The position numbers and the translations under genes are program-made. Shown piece by piece: positions 53,548-64,000 of a DNA stretch of 64,000 nucleotides. The notes under the pieces are model-generated. The model was not told where the DNA came from and made no database searches. It was given only the letters and a program-made list of their open reading frames with translations. This DNA comes from Eledone cirrhosa. Its lineage: Eukaryota. The DNA is taken from contig OZ024758.1 in NCBI GenBank assembly GCA_964016885.1, forward strand, positions 36,084,001 through 36,148,000, read 5' to 3'. Position 1 is the first letter of the stretch. Every line of letters begins with the position of its first letter.

Positions 53548-56500
53548 ATGGTACTAGCTGTCAGAAGTAACTCCAATGTTGGTGAGAATTCATTTAAGTT
53601 CATGGTATTAGCTGTCAGAAGGAACTCCACTGTTGCTGAGAATTCATTTAAGTTCATGGTATTTGCTGTCAGAAGTAACTCCACTGTTGGTGAGAATTCA
53701 TTTAAGTTCATGGTACTAGCTGTCAGAAGTCACTCCACTGTTGGTGAGAATACATTTAAGTTCATGGTACTAGCTGTCAGAAGTAACTCCAATGTTGGTG
53801 AGAATTCATTTAAGTTCATGGTATTAGCTGTCAGAAGTCACTCCAATGTTGGTGAGAATTCATTTAAGTTCATGGTATTAGCTGTCAGAAGTAACTCCAC
53901 TGTTGGTAAGAATTCATTTAAGTTCATGGTATTAGCTGTCAGAAGTAACTCCACTGTTGGTGAGAATTCATTTAAGTTCATGGTATTAGCTGTCAGAAGG
54001 AACGCCACTGTTGGTGAGAATTCATTTAAGTTCATGGTATTAGCTGTCAGAAGTAACTCCACTGTTGGTGAGAATTCATTTAAGTTCATGGTACTAGCTG
54101 TCAGAAGTAACTCCACTGTTGGTGAGAATTCATTTAAGTTCATGGTATTAGCTGTCAGAAGTCACTCCAATGTTGGTGAGAATTCATTTAAGTTCATGGT
54201 ATTAGCTGTCAGAAGTCACTCCACTGTTGGTGAGAATTCATTTAAGTTCATGGTACTAGCTGTCAGAAGTAACCCCAATGTTGGTGAGAATTCATTTAAG
54301 TGCATGGTATTAGCTGTCAGAAGTCACTCCAATGTTGGTGAGAATTCATTTAAGTTCATGGTATTAGCTGTCAGAAGTCACTCCAATGTTGGTGAGAATT
54401 CATTTAAGTTCATGGTATTAGCTGTCAGAAGTCACTCCAATGTTGGTGAGAATTCATTTAAGTTCATGGTATTAGCTGTCAGAAGTAACTCCACTGTTGG
54501 TGAGAATTCATTTAAGTTCATGGTATTAGCTGTCAGAAGTAACTCCACTGTTGGTGAGAATTCATTTAAGTTCATGGTATTAGCTGTCAGAAGTCACTCC
54601 ACTGTTGGTGAGAATTCATTTAAGTTCATGGTACTAGCTGTCAGAAGTAACCCCAATGTTGGTGAGAATTCATTTAAGTTCATGGTATTAGCTGTCAGAA
54701 GTCACTCCAATGTTGGTGAGAATTCATTTAAGTTCATGGTATTAGCTGTCAGAAGTAACTCCACTGTTGGTGAGAATTCATTTAAGTCATGGTATTAGCT
54801 GTCAGAAGTAACTCCAATGTTGGTGAGAATTCATTTAAGTTCATGGTATTAGCTGTCAGAAGTCACTCCACTGTTGGTGAGAATTCATTTAAGTTCATGG
54901 TACTAGCTGTCAGAAGTAACCCCAATGTTGGTGAGAATTCATTTAAGTTCATGGTATTAGCTGTCAGAAGGAACTCCACTGTTGGTGAGAATTCATTTAA
55001 GTTCATGGTATTAGCTGTCAGAAGGAACTCCAATGTTGGTGAGAATTCATTTAAGTCATGGTACTAGCTGTCAGATGTAACTCCACTGTTGGTGAGAATT
55101 CATTTAAGTTCATGGTATTAGCTGTCAGAAGGAACGCCACTGTTGGTGAGAATTCATTTAAATTCATGGTATTAGCTGTCAGAAGTAACTCCACTGTTGG
55201 TGAGAATTCATTTAAGTTCATGGTACTAGCTGTCAGAAGTAACTCCAATGTTGGTGAGAATTCATTTAAGTTCATGGTATTAGCTGTCAGAAGTAACTCC
55301 ACTGTTGGTGAGAATTCATTTAAGTTCATGGTATTAGCTGTCAGAAGTCACTCCAATGTTGGTGAGAATTCATTTAAGTCATGGTACTAGCTGTCAGAAG
55401 TAACTCCACTGTTGGTGAGAATTCATTTAAGTTCATTGTATTAGCTGTCAGAAGGAACGCCACTGTTGGTGAGAATTCATTTAAGTTCATGGTACTAGCT
55501 GTCAGAAGTAACTCCAATGTTGGTGAGAATTCATTTAAGTTCATGGTATTAGCTGTCAGAAGGAACTCCACTGTTGCTGAGAATTCATTTAAGTTCATGG
55601 TATTTGCTGTCAGAAGTAACTCCACTGTTGGTGAGAATTCATTTAAGTTCATGGTACTAGCTGTCAGAAGTCACTCCACTGTTGGTGAGAATACATTTAA
55701 GTTCATGGTACTAGCTGTCAGAAGTAACTCCAATGTTGGTGAGAATTCATTTAAGTTCATGGTATTAGCTGTCAGAAGTCACTCCAATGTTGGTGAGAAT
55801 TCATTTAAGTTCATGGTATTAGCTGTCAGAAGTAACTCCACTGTTGGTAAGAATTCATTTAAGTTCATGGTATTAGCTGTCAGAAGTAACTCCACTGTTG
55901 GTGAGAATTCATTTAAGTTCATGGTATTAGCTGTCAGAAGGAACGCCACTGTTGGTGAGAATTCATTTAAGTTCATGGTATTAGCTGTCAGAAGTAACTC
56001 CACTGTTGGTGAGAATTCATTTAAGTTCATGGTACTAGCTGTCAGAAGTAACTCCACTGTTGGTGAGAATTCATTTAAGTTCATGGTATTAGCTGTCAGA
56101 AGTCACTCCAATGTTGGTGAGAATTCATTTAAGTTCATGGTATTAGCTGTCAGAAGTCACTCCACTGTTGGTGAGAATTCATTTAAGTTCATGGTACTAG
56201 CTGTCAGAAGTAACCCCAATGTTGGTGAGAATTCATTTAAGTGCATGGTATTAGCTGTCAGAAGTCACTCCAATGTTGGTGAGAATTCATTTAAGTTCAT
56301 GGTATTAGCTGTCAGAAGTCACTCCAATGTTGGTGAGAATTCATTTAAGTTCATGGTATTAGCTGTCAGAAGTCACTCCAATGTTGGTGAGAATTCATTT
56401 AAGTTCATGGTATTAGCTGTCAGAAGTAACTCCACTGTTGGTGAGAATTCATTTAAGTTCATGGTATTAGCTGTCAGAAGTAACTCCACTGTTGGTGAGA

Positions 56501-57429
56501 ATTCATTTAAGTTCATGGTATTAGCTGTCAGAAGTCACTCCACTGTTGGTGAGAATTCATTTAAGTTCATGGTACTAGCTGTCAGAAGTAACCCCAATGT
56601 TGGTGAGAATTCATTTAAGTTCATGGTATTAGCTGTCAGAAGTCACTCCAATGTTGGTGAGAATTCATTTAAGTTCATGGTATTAGCTGTCAGAAGTAAC
56701 TCCACTGTTGGTGAGAATTCATTTAAGTCATGGTATTAGCTGTCAGAAGTAACTCCAATGTTGGTGAGAATTCATTTAAGTTCATGGTATTAGCTGTCAG
56801 AAGTCACTCCACTGTTGGTGAGAATTCATTTAAGTTCATGGTACTAGCTGTCAGAAGTAACCCCAATGTTGGTGAGAATTCATTTAAGTTCATGGTATTA
56901 GCTGTCAGAAGGAACTCCACTGTTGGTGAGAATTCATTTAAGTTCATGGTATTAGCTGTCAGAAGGAACTCCAATGTTGGTGAGAATTCATTTAAGTCAT
57001 GGTACTAGCTGTCAGATGTAACTCCACTGTTGGTGAGAATTCATTTAAGTTCATGGTATTAGCTGTCAGAAGGAACGCCACTGTTGGTGAGAATTCATTT
57101 AAATTCATGGTATTAGCTGTCAGAAGTAACTCCACTGTTGGTGAGAATTCATTTAAGTTCATGGTACTAGCTGTCAGAAGTAACTCCAATGTTGGTGAGA
57201 ATTCATTTAAGTTCATGGTATTAGCTGTCAGAAGTAACTCCACTGTTGGTGAGAATTCATTTAAGTTCATGGTATTAGCTGTCAGAAGTCACTCCAATGT
57301 TGGTGAGAATTCATTTAAGTCATGGTACTAGCTGTCAGAAGTAACTCCACTGTTGGTGAGAATTCATTTAAGTTCATTGTATTAGCTGTCAGAAGGAACG
57401 CCACTGTTGGTGAGAATTCATTTAAGTTC
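53548..57429. repeat. Tandem duplication, unit 1,941 bp (36 monomers)
   Basis: ORF starts 54789/55058/55381 map to 56730/56999/57322, all +1941 (36x54 - 3). The rare AAGTGCATG variant occurs near 54302 and 56243. Confidence 0.85.
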
Positions 57430-60400
57430 ATGGTATTAGCTGTCAGAAGTAACTCCACTGTTGGTGAGAATTCATTTAAGTTCATGGTACTAGCTGTCAG
57501 AAGTAACTCCAATGTTGGTGAGAATTCATTTAAGTTCATGGTATTAGCTGTCAGAAGTCACTCCACTGTTGGTAAGAATTCATTTAAGTTCATGGTATTA
57601 GCTGTCAGAAGTAACTCCACTGTTGGTGAGAATTCATTTAAGTTCATGGTATTAGCTGTCAGAAGGAACGCCACTGTTGGTGAGAATTCATTTAAGTTCA
57701 TGGTATTAGCTGTCAGAAGTAACTCCACTGTTGGTGAGAATTCATTTAAGTTCATGGTACTAGCTGTCAGAAGTAACTCCACTGTTGGTGAGAATTCATT
57801 TAAGTTCATGGTATTAGCTGTCAGAAGTCACTCCAATGTTGGTGAGAATTCATTTAAGTTCATGGTATTAGCTGTCAGAAGTCACTCCACTGTTGGTGAG
57901 AATTCATTTAAGTTCATGGTACTAGCTGTCAGAAGTAACCCCAATGTTGGTGAGAATTCATTTAAGTTCATGGTATTAGCTGTCAGAAGTCACTCCAATG
58001 TTGGTGAGAATTCATTTAAGTTCATGGTATTAGCTGTCAGAAGTAACTCCACTGTTGGTGAGAATTCATTTAAGTTCATGGTATTAGCTGTCAGAAGTAA
58101 CTCCACTGTTGGTGAGAATTCATTTAAGTTCATGGTATTAGCTGTCAGAAGTAACTCCACTGTTGGTGAGAATTCATTTAAGTCATGGTATTAGCTGTCA
58201 GAAGTAACTCCAATGTTGGTGAGAATTCATTTAAGTTCATGGTATTAGCTGTCAGAAGTCACTCCACTGTTGGTGAGAATTCATTTAAGTTCATGGTACT
58301 AGCTGTCAGAAGTAACCCCAATGTTGGTGAGAATTCATTTAAGTTCATGGTATTAGCTGTCAGAAGTCACTCCAATGTTGGTGAGAATTCATTTAAGTTC
58401 ATGGTATTAGCTGTCAGAAGTAACTCCACTGTTGGTGAGAATTCATTTAAGTTCATGGTATTAGCTGTCAGAAGTAACTCCACTGTTGGTGAGAATTCAT
58501 TTAAGTTCATGGTATTAGCTGTCAGAAGTAACTCCACTGTTGGTGAGAATTCATTTAAGTTCATGGTATTAGCTGTCAGAAGGAACTCCAATGTTGGTGA
58601 GAATTCATTTAAGTCATGGTACTAGCTGTCAGAAGTAACTCCACTGTTGGTGAGAATTCATTTAAGTTCATGGTATTAGCTGTCAGAAGGAACGCCACTG
58701 TTGGTGAGAATTCATTTAAATTCATGGTATTAGCTGTCAGAAGTAACTCCACTGTTGGGGAGAATTCATTTAAGTTCATTGTATTAGCTGTCAGAAGGAA
58801 CGCCACTGTTGGTGAGAATTCATTTAAGTTCATGGTATTAGCTGTCAGAAGTAACTCCACTGTTGGTGAGAATTCATTTAAGTTCATGGTACTAGCTGTC
58901 AGAAGTAACTCCAATGTTGGTGAGAATTCATTTAAGTTCATGGTATTAGCTGTCAGAAGGAACTCCACTGTTGCTGAGAATTCATTTAAGTTCATGGTAT
59001 TAGCTGTCAGAAGTAACTCCACTGTTGGTGAGAATTCATTTAAGTTCATGGTACTAGCTGTCAGATGTCACTCCACTGTTGGTGAGAATACATTTAAGTT
59101 CATGGTACTAGCTGTCAGAAGTAACCCCAATGTTGGTGAGAATTCATTTAAGTTCATGGTATTAGCTGTCAGAAGTAACTCCACTGTTGGTGAGAATTCA
59201 TTTAAGTTCATGGTACTAGCTGTCAGAAGTAACTCCAATGTTGGTGAGAATTCATTTAAGTTCATGGTATTAGCTGTCAGAAGGAACGCCACTGTTGGTG
59301 AGAATTCATTTAAGTTCATGGTATTAGCTGTCAGAAGTAACTCCACTGTTGGTGAGAATTCATTTAAGTTCATGGTACTAGCTGTCAGAAGTAACTCCAC
59401 TGTTGGTGAGAATTCATTTAAGTTCATGGTATTAGCTGTCAGAAGTCACTCCAATGTTGGTGAGAATTCATTTAAGTTCATGGTATTAGCTGTCAGAAGT
59501 CACTCCACTGTTGGTGAGAATTCATTTAAGTTCATGGTACTAGCTGTCAGAAGTAACCCCAATGTTGGTGAGAATTCATTTAAGTTCATGGTATTAGCTG
59601 TCAGAAGTCACTCCAATGTTGGTGAGAATTCATTTAAGTTCATGGTATTAGCTGTCAGAAGTAACTCCACTGTTGGTGAGAATTCATTTAAGTTCATGGT
59701 ATTAGCTGTCAGAAGTAACTCCACTGTTGGTGAGAATTCATTTAAGTTCATGGTATTAGCTGTCAGAAGTAACTCCACTGTTGGTGAGAATTCATTTAAG
59801 TCATGGTATTAGCTGTCAGAAGTAACTCCAATGTTGGTGAGAATTCATTTAAGTTCATGGTATTAGCTGTCAGAAGTCACTCCACTGTTGGTGAGAATTC
59901 ATTTAAGTTCATGGTACTAGCTGTCAGAAGTAACCCCAATGTTGGTGAGAATTCATTTAAGTTCATGGTATTAGCTGTCAGAAGTCACTCCAATGTTGGT
60001 GAGAATTCATTTAAGTTCATGGTATTAGCTGTCAGAAGTAACTCCACTGTTGGTGAGAATTCATTTAAGTTCATGGTATTAGCTGTCAGAAGTAACTCCA
60101 CTGTTGGTGAGAATTCATTTAAGTTCATGGTATTAGCTGTCAGAAGTAACTCCACTGTTGGTGAGAATTCATTTAAGTTCATGGTATTAGCTGTCAGAAG
60201 GAACTCCAATGTTGGTGAGAATTCATTTAAGTCATGGTACTAGCTGTCAGAAGTAACTCCACTGTTGGTGAGAATTCATTTAAGTTCATGGTATTAGCTG
60301 TCAGAAGGAACGCCACTGTTGGTGAGAATTCATTTAAATTCATGGTATTAGCTGTCAGAAGTAACTCCACTGTTGGTGAGTATTCATTTAAGTTCATTGT

Positions 60401-63400
60401 ATTAGCTGTCAGAAGGAACGCCACTGTTGGTGAGAATTCATTTAAGTTCATGGTATTAGCTGTCAGAAGTAACTCCACTGTTGGTGAGAATTCATTTAAG
60501 TTCATGGTACTAGCTGTCAGAAGTAACTCCAATGTTGGTGAGAATTCATTTAAGTTCATGGTATTAGCTGTCAGAAGGAACTCCACTGTTGCTGAGAATT
60601 CATTTAAGTTCATGGTATTAGCTGTCAGAAGTAACTCCACTGTTGGTGAGAATTCATTTAAGTTCATGGTACTAGCTGTCAGAAGTCACTCCACTGTTGG
60701 TGAGAATACATTTAAGTTCATGGTACTAGCTGTCAGAAGTAACCCCAATGTTGGTGAGAATTCATTTAAGTTCATGGTATTAGCTGTCAGAAGTAACTTC
60801 ACTGTTGGTGAGAATTCATTTAAGTTCATGGTATTAGCTGTCAGAAGTAACTCCACTGTTGGTAAGAATTCATTTAAGTTCATGGTATTAGCTGTCAGAA
60901 GTAACTCCACTGTTGGTGAGAATTCATTTAAGTTCATGGTATTAGCTGTCAGAAGGAACGCCACTGTTGGTGAGAATTCATTTAAGTTCATGGTATTAGC
61001 TGTCAGAAGTAACTCCACTGTTGGTGAGAATTCATTTAAGTTCATGGTACTAGCTGTCAGAAGTAACTCCACTGTTGGTGAGAATTCATTTAAGTTCATG
61101 GTATTAGCTGTCAGAAGTCACTCCAATGTTGGTGAGAATTCATTTAAGTTCATGGTATTAGCTGTCAGAAGTCACTCCACTGTTGGTGAGAATTCATTTA
61201 AGTTCATGGTACTAGCTGTCAGAAGTAACCCCAATGTTGGTGAGAATTCATTTAAGTTCATGGTATTAGCTGTCAGAAGTCACTCCAATGTTGGTGAGAA
61301 TTCATTTAAGTTCATGGTATTAGCTGTCAGAAGTCACTCCAATGTTGGTGAGAATTCATTTAAGTTCATGGTATTAGCTGTCAGAAGTCACTCCAATGTT
61401 GGTGAGAATTCATTTAAGTTCATGGTATTAGCTGTCAGAAGTAACTCCACTGTTGGTGAGAATTCATTTAAGTTCATGGTATTAGCTGTCAGAAGTAACT
61501 CCACTGTTGGTGAGAATTCATTTAAGTTCATGGTATTAGCTGTCAGAAGTCACTCCACTGTTGGTGAGAATTCATTTAAGTTCATGGTACTAGCTGTCAG
61601 AAGTAACCCCAATGTTGGTGAGAATTCATTTAAGTTCATGGTATTAGCTGTCAGAAGTCACTCCAATGTTGGTGAGAATTCATTTAAGTTCATGGTATTA
61701 GCTGTCAGAAGTAACTCCACTGTTGGTGAGAATTCATTTAAGTCATGGTATTAGCTGTCAGAAGTAACTCCAATGTTGGTGAGAATTCATTTATGTTCAT
61801 GGTATTAGCTGTCAGAAGTCACTCCACTGTTGGTGAGAATTCATTTAAGTTCATGGTACTAGCTGTCAGAAGTAACCCCAATGTTGGTGAGAATTCATTT
61901 AAGTTCATGGTATTAGCTGTCAGAAGGAACTCCACTGTTGGTGAGAATTCATTTAAGTTCATGGTATTAGCTGTCAGAAGGAACTCCAATGTTGGTGAGA
62001 ATTCATTTAAGTCATGGTACTAGCTGTCAGATGTAACTCCACTGTTGGTGAGAATTCATTTAAGTTCATGGTATTAGCTGTCAGAAGGAACGCCACTGTT
62101 GGTGAGAATTCATTTAAATTCATGGTATTAGCTGTCAGAAGTAACTCCACTGTTGGTGAGAATTCATTTAAGTTCATGGTACTAGCTGTCAGAAGTAACT
62201 CCAATGTTGGTGAGAATTCATTTAAGTTCATGGTATTAGCTGTCAGAAGTAACTCCACTGTTGGTGAGAATTCATTTAAGTTCATGGTATTAGCTGTCAG
62301 AAGTCACTCCAATGTTGGTGAGAATTCATTTAAGTCATGGTATTAGCTGTCAGAAGTAACTCCACTGTTGGTGAGAATTCATTTAAGTTCATTGTATTAG
62401 CTGTCAGAAGGAACGCCACTGTTGGTGAGAATTCATTTAAGTTCATGGTATTAGCTGTCAGAAGTAACTCCACTGTTGGTGAGAATTCATTTAAGTTCAT
62501 GGTACTAGCTGTCAGAAGTAACTCCAATGTTGGTGAGAATTCATTTAAGTTCATGGTATTAGCTGTCAGAAGTCACTCCACTGTTGGTAAGAATTCATTT
62601 AAGTTCATGGTATTAGCTGTCAGAAGGAACGCCACTGTTGGTGAGAATTCATTTAAGTTCATGGTATTAGCTGTCAGAAGTAACTCCACTGTTGGTGAGA
62701 ATTCATTTAAGTTCATGGTACTAGCTGTCAGAAGTAACTCCACTGTTGGTGAGAATTCATTTAAGTTCATGGTATTAGCTGTCAGAAGTCACTCCAATGT
62801 TGGTGAGAATTCATTTAAGTTCATGGTATTAGCTGTCAGAAGTCACTCCACTGTTGGTGAGAATTCATTTAAGTTCATGGTACTAGCTGTCAGAAGTAAC
62901 CCCAATGTTGGTGAGAATTCATTTAAGTTCATGGTATTAGCTGTCAGAAGTCACTCCAATGTTGGTGAGAATTCATTTAAGTTCATGGTATTAGCTGTCA
63001 GAAGTAACTCCACTGTTGGTGAGAATTCATTTAAGTTCATGGTATTAGCTGTCAGAAGTAACTCCACTGTTGGTGAGAATTCATTTAAGTTCATGGTATT
63101 AGCTGTCAGAAGTAACTCCACTGTTGGTGAGAATTCATTTAAGTCATGGTATTAGCTGTCAGAAGTAACTCCAATGTTGGTGAGAATTCATTTAAGTTCA
63201 TGGTATTAGCTGTCAGAAGTCACTCCACTGTTGGTGAGAATTCATTTAAGTTCATGGTACTAGCTGTCAGAAGTAACCCCAATGTTGGTGAGAATTCATT
63301 TAAGTTCATGGTATTAGCTGTCAGAAGTCACTCCAATGTTGGTGAGAATTCATTTAAGTTCATGGTATTAGCTGTCAGAAGTAACTCCACTGTTGGTGAG

Positions 63401-64000
63401 AATTCATTTAAGTTCATGGTATTAGCTGTCAGAAGTAACTCCACTGTTGGTGAGAATTCATTTAAGTTCATGGTATTAGCTGTCAGAAGTCACTCCAATG
63501 TTGGTGAGAATTCATTTAAGTTCATGGTATTAGCTGTCAGAAGTCACTCCAATGTTGGTGAGAATTCATTTAAGTTCATGGTATTAGCTGTCAGAAGTCA
63601 CTCCAATGTTGGTGAGAATTCATTTAAGTTCATGGTATTAGCTGTCAGAAGTAACTCCACTGTTGGTGAGAATTCATTTAAGTTCATGGTATTAGCTGTC
63701 AGAAGTAACTCCACTGTTGGTGAGAATTCATTTAAGTTCATGGTATTAGCTGTCAGAAGTCACTCCACTGTTGGTGAGAATTCATTTAAGTTCATGGTAC
63801 TAGCTGTCAGAAGTAACCCCAATGTTGGTGAGAATTCATTTAAGTTCATGGTATTAGCTGTCAGAAGTCACTCCAATGTTGGTGAGAATTCATTTAAGTT
63901 CATGGTATTAGCTGTCAGAAGTAACTCCACTGTTGGTGAGAATTCATTTAAGTCATGGTATTAGCTGTCAGAAGTAACTCCAATGTTGGTGAGAATTCAT

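Larger units (their letters stand above)
1..64000. repeat. Tandem satellite DNA array, 54-bp monomer (EcoRI-containing), ~1,185 copies, single orientation, running off both window ends
   Basis: The consensus ATGGTATTAGCTGTCAGAAGTAACTCCACTGTTGGTGAGAATTCATTTAAGTTC recurs every 54 bp (1-54, 55-108, 109-162 and so on) up to position 64000. The ORF track shows the same 18-residue unit throughout. Common variable positions are T7C, T21G, A22C, T25C/G, C29A, G35C and a 1-bp deletion in GTTC (53-bp monomers). Confidence 0.99.

Noticed and set aside
75-62770. Minus-strand ORFs (MNLNEFSPTVELLLTANT repeats), superficially leucine-rich
   Set aside because: They are the antisense reading of the same satellite and are terminated wherever the common A22C variant creates TGA. 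They do not fit the LxxLxLxxN LRR consensus.
1-63964. Plus-strand ORFs (92-776 aa) as protein-coding genes or a repeat-protein operon
   Set aside because: They are pure translations of the 54-bp monomer. There is no unique N- or C-terminal domain, frameshifting 53-bp monomers recur every few hundred bp to about 2 kb, sporadic nonsense codons occur, and there is no preference for synonymous change.
1-64000. CRISPR array (conserved repeat plus variable segment)
   Set aside because: The variable part is only a few SNPs within about 9 bp drawn from about ten recurring haplotypes. There are no unique spacers, no leader and no cas genes.
1-64000. Monomer order as an encoded message or synthetic construct (TALE-like code, data storage)
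   Set aside because: The order is explained by nested duplications with private point mutations, as in natural satellites. There are no cloning scars, adapters or designed codon variation.
1-64000. tRNA, 5S rRNA, spliced-leader or telomeric tandem array; CENP-B box
   Set aside because: The unit shows no cloverleaf, Pol III A/B boxes, recognisable 5S or SL sequence or G-rich telomeric motif. The CENP-B box core needs two CpGs, which the consensus lacks.

Overview
The whole 64-kb window is one uninterrupted head-to-tail satellite array of a 54-bp monomer, about 1,185 copies. The consensus is ATGGTATTAGCTGTCAGAAGTAACTCCACTGTTGGTGAGAATTCATTTAAGTTC (20/54 = 37% GC, one EcoRI site, no CpG). All copies lie in the same orientation, and I saw no unique sequence, insertion, inversion or array edge. 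Monomers differ from consensus by roughly 0-3 bases and come from a small set of recurring variants, including a frequent 53-bp deletion variant. The variants are ordered into nested blocks: a 431-bp 8-mer, 323/324-bp 6-mers, a loose 4.5-4.9-kb super-period, and segmental copies at offsets of 1,941, 4,636, 6,254, 12,024 and 17,579 bp. The ORFs in the supplied track are best explained as artefacts of a monomer length divisible by 3 with one stop-free frame on each strand. I cannot support any gene, RNA gene, mobile element or CRISPR array, and I found no evidence for a new protein-based system. The array most resembles eukaryotic centromeric, pericentromeric or heterochromatic satellite DNA (inference), and I do not recognise the family or organism. 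Its interest lies in the higher-order architecture and duplication history. Coordinates were read by eye and from ORF-track offsets, so block edges are good to about one monomer.
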